A DNA stretch of 64,000 bases. It comes from Octopus vulgaris. Taxonomy: Eukaryota. The position numbers and the translations under genes are program-made. The stretch covers positions 3,720,001-3,784,000 of the forward strand of contig OX597823.1 of NCBI GenBank assembly GCA_951406725.2. The letters are read 5' to 3'. Below, piece by piece: positions 39,187-50,600 of the stretch. Position 1 is the stretch's first letter; every line of letters begins with the position of its first letter. Under the pieces are notes generated by a model. It was not told the origin of the DNA. It searched no databases and was given only the letters and a program-made list of their open reading frames with translations.

Positions 39187-40446
39187 CAGGGTGGGGCAGA
39201 GAGGATGGATGTTTTTGAAAAATTCACAAAATCATTAATTTTAGCTGCAAACAAATGTTTTGACATCAATGTATTCGTATTGAATTAGTATTTGTCAAAA
39301 TCAAGTGTAGAAAACAACATCCGTCATGTGGTGTCTGTTTTCATTGATGCATTTCTGAAGGTGTTCTTGGAAGTTGGCCTCAACTCTCTCCAGCAATGCT
39401 CTGTCGATTTGGGCGACTTCCACGTAAATATTTTCCTTCAAATCGTCCAATATATGGGGCTTATGCACATAAACACGTGCCTTGAGGTTTCCCCACAAGA
39501 AATAATCACACATGGACAAATCAGGAGACCTAGGGGCCAAGGAATGTCAGCAAACCTGAAGAACGTCCATTGATGCTCTGGCTGTGTGGGTTGTTGCCCC
39601 ATCCTGCTGAAACCACACCCGTCAGATAGGCATGCGTTTCCGTCATAATTCAGGCACAAAGAAGTTGTTTATCATCTCGATGTAACACTTGGAATCCACA
39701 GTAACAGCATTTCCGTTATTGTCTTTAAAAAAGTAAGAACCAATGACAGCAGCACACCAGACTGTCACTTTTGGGCTGTGCAGTGGTCTTTCATGCAGTT
39801 CTCTCAGATTTTGAAGAGTCCAATAATGACAGTTCTGTTGATTCACCATGCCATTGAGATGAAAATGAGCTTCATCACTCATTAACAAAATGAGGTTGTC
39901 ATTTGCCTCAAAAATTGCTTCCATCTGACATGCAAAGTTAGGCTGCTGCACATTGTCCCATGGTTTCAACTGCTGCCCAAAGGCCAATTTGTACAGGTGG
40001 AAATGCAGGTCTTCATGCAAAATATGCCTCACTGAACAATTACCGATGCCGAGTTCAGTGGGATGCCTCCAAGCAGAGTGATTCAGACTCCATATCAAAG
40101 CTTGTCTGATGCATTCCACATTTTCCATTCATTAGAGTACCTTGTGTACAAAATGCATTCACTCAACATAAGATTGTGTTACAGGTGGGAACAGCCTGAT
40201 TTCGGTGAATGTTGAAGTGGCACTGACACTTAAGCTGAACTGCTGTGACAGACTCATTATTCTTCACGTAACCGTCATAGGCAAACATGTGATCCTCTAT
40301 TGTCCATAGCACCATGACTTCACCTGTAAAGAAAAAAAGAATGCTAAGACACCACGGACCGAATGGTACCTGTTGGACATATGTCCCTGCCCCTGGGGCT
40401 GAGTAATAGCTATTTCAAAAACACCTATCCTCTCTGCCCCACCCTC
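39187..40446 (-). mobile_element. Full-length decayed Tc1/mariner-superfamily transposon (rosa/DD41D-like) nested in a family 1 SINE
   Basis: TIRs CAGGGTGGGGCAGAGAGGATGGATGTTTTTGAAA / TTTCAAAAACACCTATCCTCTCTGCCCCACCCTC with TA TSD (39185-6, 40447-8). SINE halves lie at about 38965-39184 and 40449-40590. Confidence 0.9.
39301..40315 (-). pseudogene. DDD transposase pseudogene
   Basis: N-terminus MVLWTIEDHMFAYDGYVKNNESVTAVQ, then MSDEAHFHLNGMVNQQNCHYW, HSPKVTVWCA, WFQQDG and PRSPDLSMCDYFLWGNLKARVY; broken by frameshifts and stops. Confidence 0.9.
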
Positions 40447-40954
40447 TATATGAGAGGCTTTTTACAGTTTCCATCTATCAAATTCACTCACAAGGCTTTG
40501 GTTGGCCCAGAGCTAGAGTCGGCCCAAGATGCTGACTATAGTAACTGGACTACAGTTGGGAAGCAAGCTTCTTTCCACACCACCACATCTACACCTGTGC
40601 GTGTGTGTGCATGCGCGTGCATGCGTGTGCACATGCATGAGTGTGTTAAAAGAGGTAAATATGATTGGAACAAATGAGATAGAGGATGAAACAAAAATGC
40701 AACTTCAGAGATGGCAATAATCAAAGACTGTTTACATTCTTCAGTGGAACTGTTTTTCGCTGAGGAATCAGATTTGAAGGAAAACAGCCAAGGAAGAAAT
40801 GTTTTGATTTTCCTTCTTTTCATGTCTTTTCTCTACCAGCAGATGGCATTACATCTAGGGAAAAAATATTGTAATATTTCACTAGTTGTATTTTTTATTA
40901 CTATTATTATTATTATCATTATTATTATTATTATTATCATTATTATTATTATTA

Positions 40955-41400
40955 TATACCATGTATTTTTACCTCCTCTTCCCCCGCTTTTTCATCCCCT
41001 CATCCTTTTATGTAAACCTCTGTACATCATCATCATCGTAATAATAGATGTTATTATTGTTGTTGTCGTTGCTTTTTATTTGATTTAGATATGTTTTCAT
41101 TCCTTTTAGAATTTATGTGGGTAGCAGGTTTAGATAACCACAAGTTTTCAATAGTCTTTCAATTGGCTAAAACTTTTCTGGTAATCTTTCCTGTCCTTAA
41201 GAAGCAAACTTTCAGTAGAAGTTCTACTGAACATTCTGTTCCAATCTCCTTCAACCATTTGTCTAAATCTTTACTCACAATTCCTTATGCATTCATTATT
41301 ACAAGTACAACCGTCACAGTTTTCATACTCCAAAATCTTGCAATTTCAAATTTTAAGGGCTTGTTTAATTTTTCTTCTTTTTCTTTTTTTTTACAATCCT
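40955..41400 (-). mobile_element. R4/Dong-like 3' fragment
   Basis: Minus-strand YKPLKFEIARFWSMKTVTVVLVI...KDLDKWLKEIG...RKVL resembles the RLE C-terminus; followed on its own strand by (TAA)n at 40900-40955. Confidence 0.7.
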
Positions 41401-41603
41401 GGAATCAAACAGACCCCATCATCCTTTGCCCTGGTGGCAAATAAAAGAAATCATCATGCCAGCTCCCCTGGCCTCTGTGCTGGTGGCATGTAAAAAGCAC
41501 CCACTACACATTTAATATATAAAAATATATTTGCACACACACACACAAACACACACACACACACACGCATGCACAAAGAAAGATAGATAGATACATACAT
41601 ACA

Positions 41604-41637
<34 letters not shown>

Positions 41638-41872
41638 GACAGACAGACAGATTTAGATGTACATGTATATATATATATATATCGCCAATGAGACAAACAC
41701 GCATTCTTCAGCTAGTGAGGCCAGTGCTTTATTTTTTCACTGGGCCACAAATGTAAAATTACAATGGCCAAATAACATGGCCTCAGAAACTCAATATACA
41801 CATGCTCCAGAACAAAGAGTCAGTCGAGTACAGAGCAGTTACAGGAAACTAAAATGACAAGGAAGTATAAAA

Positions 41873-42005
41873 TGTCATGACCTTCATGAGCTTACAGCTG
41901 TTTCTGCTATGAGCTGCAATACACTCATAGTTGAATGCCTGTGTATTGTGTAGCAGAAACAGCTTGCGTATCTTATAACAGCTGTAAGCTCATGAAGGTC
42001 ATGAT
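41873..42005. repeat. Short inverted repeat with hammerhead 3'-half remnant
   Basis: TCATGACCTTCATGAGCTTACAGCTGTT pairs with AACAGCTGTAAGCTCATGAAGGTCATGA; GAAACAGCTGTA motif with palindromic stem III; CUGANGA core not intact. Confidence 0.6.
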
Positions 42006-42169
42006 GTAACTTATTATTCCCCTGTAATTTTCATTTCTTATATAATATAAACACACACATATATAGACAGAGAGATAGATACATATGCATATGAACAATT
42101 CATGTATAATCTTTATTTAATAACAACCTATGTGAATGTTGGTTGGTTTTTCCAGTCATGCTTTACAAT

Positions 42170-42742
42170 AAAGAGGGTTAGACAATTTGACCAAGGCTGG
42201 TGAGCTGAGGGGCTGCACCAGGCTCCAGTCTGTTTTGGCATGGTTTCTACACCTGGATGCCCTTCCTAATGCCAACCACTCCAAGAGTGCAGTGGGTGCT
42301 TTTGTATGCCACTGGCATGGGTATCAGTTGTGTGAAAACCAGTACCCGACAGTACCTACAATTTCACTTGGGTTGATGGGTCTTCTTCTCAAGCACAGCA
42401 TATTGCCAAAGGTCTCGGCCATGTGTTATTGCCTCTATGAGTTCCAATGCTTGAAAGGTGATTTTTACGTGCCACAAGTAATGGGTGCAAGTTACACAAC
42501 ACCAGCATTGGCCACATTTCCTTCGTGAAGCCCAACACCCAAAAGGTGCTTTTTACATGCCACTGGCACAGGTGCCAGGTACATGACACTGACAATGGCC
42601 ACGACTCTGATTTCAGTTGACTTGATGGGTTTTCTCAAGCATAGCATATCACCAAAGGTCTCATTCACAAGTCATTGCCTCTGTGAGGCCCAACGTTTGA
42701 AGATCATGCTTCACCGCTTTGTCCCATGTCTTCCTGGGTCTC
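42170..42742 (-). mobile_element. Older RTE 3' fragment
   Basis: Diverged homologue of 29500-30140, with the RPRKTWD...KHDLQTLGLTE coding end at about 42640-42740. Confidence 0.75.
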
Positions 42743-43299
42743 AGTATATATATACATATATATATACACACTATGATGCATTTTTAATCAGTTAATATTC
42801 GTTACTAAGCACAATATCATCATAAATACAGTTATCTCATTTATGTTTATGAGTTGCCAAAAACTGAGCCCATCTCATTCACATTATTGTCCCCCCTCTC
42901 CCTCGCTTCCTTTTTAAGGTGACAGGCTGGCAGAAACATTAGCATGCCAGGTGAAATGCTTAGCAGTATTTCGTCTGTCTTTACATTCTGAGTTCAAATT
43001 CCACCACGGTCAACTTTGCCTTTCATTCTTTTGGAGTCAATAAATTAAATACCAGTTGTGTACTGGGGTCGATCCAATCGACTGGCTCCCTCACAAAAAT
43101 TTCAGGTCTTGTGCCTGGAGTAGAAAAGATTATTGTCACCCTTTTGATGCAAACCAAATGAAAGAAATATATTCTTTGTTTACATGCAATTTGAAGTTGC
43201 ATAATTAAATATTGTTACACAGAAAATGGAGGTGAAGCAAAGCAAGCAGATATGATAGCAATGTAATGTTAGTGTTACTTGTATCGAAGCAATCGGCAC

Positions 43300-44670
43300 A
43301 TAGACACAAATATGCCACAAGGACTTAGTTTCCTCATAACCTCCAGAGAAATGGATATTTTTTAATGAAGTTTTCTACAAATATGCTTCACATGGTGTAG
43401 GTTTCAATTATATCAGAATTTGATGTTTTCAAAGGAAACAGGGACAGGAGATTCAGAAAATTCACATGGATTGGCTTTTTTTCCTCATAAATTTCCCAAA
43501 ATGGATATTTTCAAATGAAAATTTTGACAAATACTTTTCAGAGTGCATAGATTACTGTTATATTAGAATTTAATATTGAAAGAAAAATTGGTGAGCTATC
43601 ACACATACCTACTGACATTCATCATATATTTTTTTAGAAAAATTTATTTCACAACACATTTTGATCTAATCCAAATTCCAATATAATCCAAATCTACACC
43701 AACTGAAGTATATTTGTAAAAAAATTCATTGAAAAATAATGACATTTTTGAAAGTTATGAGGGAAAAAATTTGTTGGGGTAGTTACCATGTACAGATTTG
43801 CTCGACTAAAAGGCGGTGCTCCAGCATGGCTGCACTCAAACGACTGAAACAAGTAAAAGAATACAGATTTGCTTCACATAGTGTAGATTCTGATTACATC
43901 TGAATTTGTTGTGAAAAAATGTTTTTAGGGGATGTGAGGAGAGGAGATTCAGAAACTTCACATGGGTCAGCTTCCTTTCATCATAACTTTTGGAAAAATG
44001 AGTATTTTTATATGAAAATTTTGAGAAATGCCTCTCAGAGTGTGTAGATTACTATTATATCAGAATTTAATATGGAAATAAAAACTGGTAGGCTAGCACT
44101 GACATACATTATTTTGTTTGTTTTTTTTCTAAAAATTTATTTCATTACAAATTCTGATCTAATCTGAAATTATACCATCTGAAGCATATTTGTAGAAAAT
44201 TTCCTAAAATATATTCATATTTCTGAACGTTATAAGGAAAGGAATTCATTGAGGCACATATGTGAAGTATGCTGTAGTGAACTCCAGTAGGTTACTTAGA
44301 TTTGAGGGAAACTGGAATGTGGTTTCCATAAGGTATAGCTACCATGTAGAAATCTTTCTCATTAGTTCATGCATATATATACATGCATAAAACAATGGTT
44401 ATAGATACACAAATATGCTCCACCAACTTTGTTTCCTCATAATTCCACAATAAAGGATAATCTTTCAATGAAATTCTTTATGAATATGCTTCAGATGGTG
44501 TAGATTTTGATTATTTCTAAATTTGTTGTGAAAAGAATGTCTTCAGGGAGAAGAGATTCAGAAAATTCACATGGGTTGGCTTTCTTTCCTCATAACTTTT
44601 GCAAAAATTGGTATTTTTAAATGAAAATTTTGACAAATGCATTTTAGAATTATATCAGAATTTAATATGG
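43300..44670. repeat. Three diverged tandem copies of an approximately 500-600-bp MITE-like unit with internal inverted sub-repeats
   Basis: Anchor GAGATTCAGAAAATTCACATGG at about 43448, 43944 and 44553; TTCCTCATAAC motifs with inverted GTTATGAGG copies; the third unit is cut by the Penelope fragment. Confidence 0.7.
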
Positions 44671-44689
44671 TGTGGTGGTATTGATGAAG

Positions 44690-45745
44690 AGAGAAGGTGT
44701 GTAGGAGTGAAGAGAGTAAGTAGGTGTTAGATGAAGAGAGGAGAGGAGTCAGACAAAGAGAGGATGGGAGTTGAGCCCATGTGGTGTAAAGGAGCAAAGA
44801 GAGAAGATTAATTCCTGTTCAAAGCAAAGGCGGGAGTCTGGATGGCAGTCCAAACACAGATAGGTGCTGTAGTGAATGACCGGTCGAGCAGAAATGATGC
44901 AAGATCAGGGTGTCATTGCTGAATCTGATGTCTCAGAGGTGCTCCACGAACTGGCCAGCCAAGTGGTGTTCCATTTGACCTACGAGAGATGAGCAACTGC
45001 GGGGCAGGTGCAGGAAGAGAGAGCAGAAGTACAGTCCATGGAATGTGCCCTGGCAAGGGCTGTGTGGATAGTGGTGAGGGGATATCCATGAAGGATGAAG
45101 TGGTGAGCCATGAGTTGAGACCGAGTCTCAAAGTCATGGTTGTCACTGCAGAGCCTTCGCAGACGGAGGAATTGGGAGTAGAGGATGGAGAACTTGGTGT
45201 GGGTAGGGTGGGAGGAGGAGAAGTTAAGGTAGGAGTGTGAGCCAGTGTGTTTGTAGTGGATGGAGGTAGTAAGAGTGGAGTGGTATATGCTGACAGAAAT
45301 GTTGAGAAATGCAACGGAAATGTTAGAAATAGTGCAGGAGAATTCAAGGGCAGGGTGGAAGGATTGGACAAAAGAGAGGCAGGAGTCTAGTTGTTTGCAG
45401 GAGGGTGAGGTTGCACCGATACAGCCGTCAATATAATGACCATATAGTTCGGGAGTGGGAACTGAATCGTGAGAATATTTGGGTCATAAGCCAAAAAACT
45501 GGTTCACATAGTTGGGGCCCATTCTCATTCCTATGGCCACTCCTGAGATCTGTTGGTAAAAATCACCCGTGAACGAGAAGCAGTTGAGGGAGAGGACAAG
45601 TTCGGCCAGATGGAGAAGTGTGGAGGTGTCAGGTTGGGGGTGGGTGGGGTCGAAGGTCCAGAAAGTGTTTAAGTGCAAGAAATCCTTCGTTGTGTAGAAT
45701 CACTGGATATAAACTCTTGATATCAAGAGTGAAGAGAAGTTTATA
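44690..45745 (-). pseudogene. Penelope-like element RT pseudogene fragment
   Basis: LFTLDIKSLY, LAELVLSLNCFSFTGDFYQQISGVAIGMRMGPNY, YIDG (YIDD motif) and HSYLNFSSSHPTHTKFSILYSQFLRLRRLCS are PLE RT and thumb motifs. Confidence 0.88.
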
Positions 45746-45868
45746 TAAAATGGAGAAATTATACAAAATGTATAAATGGATGATAAGTAAAGCACCAGCA
45801 CAGTTTCAATCAGCTGTTGTTATCCGTAGATTTATTGCAGGAACTTTGTAGTGGTGGTTGGGGTAACT

Positions 45869-46087
45869 GTATTAATAAAATAGAAGGAAAGAGTAATAGA
45901 TTTTATTGGGTACAATACATGCTTTGACCTGTTCTGGGTCAAATTTGATGGACATATAGTGGTACATAGGCTGACTCAGGAAATCTCTAGCGAGACTTTT
46001 TATTGATGTACCCAAAGAGATCCAGAATGGGTCAAAACATGTGTCATACCCAATAAAATCTTCTCTTTCCATCTATTTTATTAATAC
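45869..46087. repeat. Inverted repeat with decayed hammerhead-like motif
   Basis: GTATTAATAAAATAGA... pairs with ...TCTATTTTATTAATAC. Plus strand reads TTGATGT-ACCCA(loop)TGGGT-CAAAAC-ATGT-GTC followed by AATAAA. Confidence 0.6.
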
Positions 46088-46645
46088 CATACACATACAC
46101 ACACACACACATATATATATATATACCCCCACACACAAATCTATGTACTTGCATATATACATATTTGAGTTACCTTATAAACTTAAAAGATAAATGAAAA
46201 TCCTAGAAAATATTAGTGTGTTTATATTTGTGTAATGTATACATGTGATATCTCCATGTGTGTGAAAATATATCTGCATGATTTTATGTATGCGTGTAGA
46301 TATGTGAGTCTAAAAACCTGATAACATTATGCTTCAAGTCTAAGATTTGACTATTTATCCCCTTCTCTATCTCTCTCCCTCAAATATAGTAAAATGACAG
46401 GTTGAGCAGGACACATTAGTACAGGAATTGAACACACCCTGTACTTAGGGCGTCTTCCACATGATAAACTTAGACTATCTTATCTAAGTGACAAATTTCA
46501 ACATGTATGTACATGTATGAATGCATGTATGTAGCTATGCTTGTTTTTATGTGTGTGTATCTATACATACATACATGCATACATACATACATGTATGCAT
46601 GCATGCATGCATGCATACATACATACATACATACATATATACATA

Positions 46646-46888
46646 TTGGGTTAGTGCAAAATTATTGCACCTTTTTTTAACAAATTTTATTCGATAAAAA
46701 CAATAATATTTAACAAAAACATCTTTAAATGATGGTCTCACCGTCTGCCAAGCAAATGGGAAGCAGTAATTGAAGTAGATGGTGAATATGCTCCGGAATA
46801 ATCATTTAAAGATGTTTTTGTTACATGTTGTTATTGTTTTTGTTGAATAAAATTTGTTGAAAAATGCAGTTAATTTGACCCAACTGGA
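46646..46888 (+). mobile_element. mariner-derived MITE with about 90-bp TIRs retaining the transposase C-terminus
   Basis: TA|TTGGGTTAGTGCAAAATTATTGC resembles mariner TIRs; internal 46742-46801 encodes RLPSKWEAVIEVDGEYAPE*. Confidence 0.8.
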
Positions 46889-47221
46889 TATATAATCTGG
46901 TCTTGAGTTATTCAGACATGTACATTTTATTAAATATACAGTCTATAATATACTTCGGAACACGCAAGGGGCATGTTCTGAGATAGGTGAATTAAAAATA
47001 AATAAGCAATAATTGATAGACAGGTGTGAATTCATTACAGCCATTTCTAACAAATTTTTTAATTGATTACTAATATTAAAAATACATCGTTGTGTATATA
47101 TCATCATCATCATTTAATATGTATATATATGGAGACCCAGGAAGATATGGGACGAGGTAGTGAAAGATGATCTTCAAATGTTGGGCCAGCTTGTTGCCTT
47201 AAAAAGGATGCAGGGACACAC

Positions 47222-47256
<35 letters not shown>

Positions 47257-47608
47257 CATGCACACGCACACAATAATGTGAATGAGATGGGCTCAGTTTT
47301 TGGCAACTCATAAACATAAATGAGATAACAGTATTTATGATGATATTGTGCTTAGTAACGAATACTAACTGTATTAAAAATGCATCATAGTGTATATATA
47401 TATGTATATATATATGGAGACCCAGGAAGACATGGGACGAGGTAGTGAAACATGATCTTCAAACGTTGGGCCTCACAGAGGCAATGACTTGTGAACGAGA
47501 CCTTTGGCAATATGCTGTGCTTGAGAAAACCCATCAAGCCAACTGAAATCAGAGTCGTGGGCATTGTAGGTGTCACATAACTGGTACCCATGCCAGTGGC
47601 ATGTAAAA

Positions 47609-47885
47609 AGGTGTCAATTTATTACAGCCATTTCTAACGAATTTTTTAATTCATTAACAAGTACATTATATTGTTATAAAAAACCATTTTCTTCAGATGA
47701 ATACATGAACCTTACAATCAAGGATATTTAAAATAATTTAAAATAATTTAAAATCTATGGCAATAATGTCCTTGATTGTTAAGTCCATATACTCTTCTGA
47801 AGAAAACAGTTTTTGATAATGATATAATGTACTCATTAATCAATTTAAAAAATTCATTAGAAACGGCTGTAATGAATTGACACCT
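47609..47885. repeat. Fold-back inverted repeat (about 120-bp arms) with hammerhead motif in both arms
   Basis: Consensus of the two arms: ATTCAT-CTGAAGA-(long AT-rich stem II region)-GAAAC-GGCT-GTA-ATGAAT. Confidence 0.7.
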
Positions 47886-48088
47886 GTCCTTCAGTTGTTA
47901 CTTATTCATATATATATATATATATATAAATCTTTAGTTAAATATATTCAATAAGAATATTTTATACTGAATTTATATTGAGTGCTCCATTGTATGTATA
48001 AAAATATTAATACTATTAAAGTATTCATATATTTAATACGAGCGATATATACATATATTTTTTAATAATATATTATTATTATTAATAT

Positions 48089-48650
48089 AAGGAATTTAAT
48101 AGCCAAACTCATCATAAAGATATACCTGTGTGAAAGAAGTTATTGTATTAAAAATATATATAAATAAATAAATATAAAAATATAGGTATAATGTATAAAA
48201 TAAATTTGATAGTTTGAAAGTTTTGAATTAATTATTTAAGCATGTTACAATCGTTTTGCAGAAGAGTTGTCCCTATAATGAAATCCTATATTGATAAGCA
48301 TTTATAGACAACCCTTCTGCTCTTCAGAGATATAAAATATGAATATTGTATAATATATCGAATGATAGTTTTTTTATTCAATATATTATACAATATTCAT
48401 ATTTTATATCTCTGAAGAGCAGAAGGGTTGTCTATAAATGCTTATCAATATAGGATTTCATTAGAGGGACAACTCTTCTGCAAAACGATTGTAACATGCT
48501 TAAATAATTAATTCAAAACTTTCAAACTATCAAATTTATTTTATACATTATATCTATATTTTTATATTTATTTATTTATATATACTTTTAATACAATAAG
48601 TTCTTTCACACGGGTATATCTTTATGATGAGCTTGGATATTAATTTCCTT
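48089..48650. repeat. Near-perfect fold-back (about 275-bp arms, about 12-nt loop) with hammerhead-like motif in each arm
   Basis: Arms 48089-48363 and 48376-48650. CTGAAGA at 48412, 14-bp stem II GCAGAAGGGTTGTC/GACAACTCTTCTGC, then AAAAC-GATT-GTA. Confidence 0.85.
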
Positions 48651-49325
48651 CTCGACTGGCTTCTGTGCCGGTGGCACATAAAAAGCACCAACCGATCGTG
48701 GGATCCCGGAACATCTCGCTGTGCTTGAGGAGACCTGTTGAGTCAAGTGCATGTACATGAACATCGAACCAAATATCAATGGAAACAGTAGTAGTTGTGA
48801 TACCTGTGCCGGTGACACATAAAAAGCACCATCCGAACGTGGCCGTTGCCAGTGCAGCCTCCACTGGCTTCTGTGCCGGTGGCACATAAAAAGCACCATC
48901 CGAACGTGACCTCGAATGGCTTCTGTGCCGGTGGCACATAAAAAGCAACATTTGAATGTGGCCGATGCCAGCACCGCCCCGACTAGCTTCTGTGCCGGTG
49001 GCACATAAAAAGCACCATCCGAACGTGACCGATGCCAGCACCGCCTTGACTGGCTTCTGTGCCGGTAGCACAAAAAAAAAAAAAAAGCACCAACTGATCG
49101 TGGCCGATGCCAGACCTCTCTGGCACCTGTGCAGGTGGCACGTAAAAAGCACCCACTACACTCGCGGAGTGGTTGGCATTAGGAAGGGCATCCAGCTGTA
49201 GAAACACTGCCAGATCAGACTGGAGCCTGGGGCAGCCCCTGGCTCCCCAGACCCCGGTCGAACCGTCCAACCCGTGCTAGCGCGGAAAACGGACGTTAAA
49301 CGATGATGATGATGATGATGATGAT
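48651..49325 (+). mobile_element. RTE 3' UTR copy with expanded hairpin tandem repeats
   Basis: About 7-8 units of TGTGCCGGTGGCACATAAAAAGCACC followed by the standard RTE tail and (GAT)n. Confidence 0.88.
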
Positions 49326-50249
49326 TATCAAAAAATATATGTATATATATTACACATGCATATTAATACATGTATATTACCTATTGTTCAAATTATAACA
49401 CACACCACACACACACACAAACACACACACATATTTGGGCCATCATATTTGACCTTTGAGAAAAGGAGGACATTTCCCCAACGATGTATCTCTATGACTC
49501 TATCTTTGACATAATCTGATGATAGCCATAGGAGCTCTATGTATGCCAGATTACTTGGTCTTAGGTGTTTTCAATAGATTAAAACAATGCATCAGTGAAT
49601 AGCAATTCATAGTATAAACAAGAGAAATACTCGCCCAGACATTGATAGCATGACTCAAGCAAAAGCTATGTTTTCAAGACTGATACTAGGTTGTTGTTTT
49701 TTTATGTTCCCATGTTACACTGACAGTTTGACAGACAGACAATCAGGGTGGGATGGCGGTAGGGCCAAGAGGTAAGAAGATATAATAGACAGAGAGCTCA
49801 CATATGTGTACATTCTACAATATATATGTGTGTGTTTATGCATGAAGACAAACACAAGAAATACAGACAAACAGACATTGTTTTATTCCTGTATTTCTTT
49901 CAATCCCTGGATTGCAGTCATGCTGGGGCCACTGTCATGAAGAGTTTTAGCCAACCAAATCGACCCCGGTACATACTTTCATGTACTAGTACTTATTTTA
50001 TTTGGTTCTTTCTGCTGAATTGCTAGGTCACATGGATGTAAACAAACCAAGACCAATTGTGAAGCAATGAGAGATTATCTGTATCTATCTAGCTGTCTGC
50101 CTATCTATTTATCTTTATCTATCTACCTATTTGTCAGTTTCTCTCTCTCACTCTCTCTCTCTCTAGCTATCCATCTGTCTATATATGTGTGTGTGTGTGA
50201 ACACATACACACTTACATAAACACACAATATATATATATATATATATAC

Positions 50250-50600
50250 AGGTGAAGGAGTGGCTGTGTGGTAAGTAGATTGCTTACCAACCACATGGTT
50301 CAGTCCCACTGCGTGGCACCTTGGGCAAGTGTCTTCTACTATGGCCTCGGGCGACCAAAGCCTTGTGAGTGAATTTGGTAGACGGAAACTGAAAAGAAGC
50401 CCGTCGTATATATGTATATGTATATACATGTCTGTGTTTGCTTGACAACTGATGCTGGTGTGTTTGAGTCCCTGTAACTTAGCAGTTCAGCAAAAGAGAC
50501 TGATAGAATAAGTACTAGTCTTACAAAGAATAAGTCCTGGGGTCAATTTGCTCGAGTAAAGGTAGTGCTCCAGCATGGCCACAGTCAAATGACTGAAACT
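50250..50600 (+). mobile_element. SINE family 1 copy
   Basis: Head, core, microsatellite and tail as at 7920-8320. Confidence 0.85.

Noticed and set aside
48655-49150. CRISPR-like repeat/spacer appearance
   Set aside because: Eukaryotic context, no cas genes, linkers are related to one another, and the array is contiguous with the RTE 3' tail.
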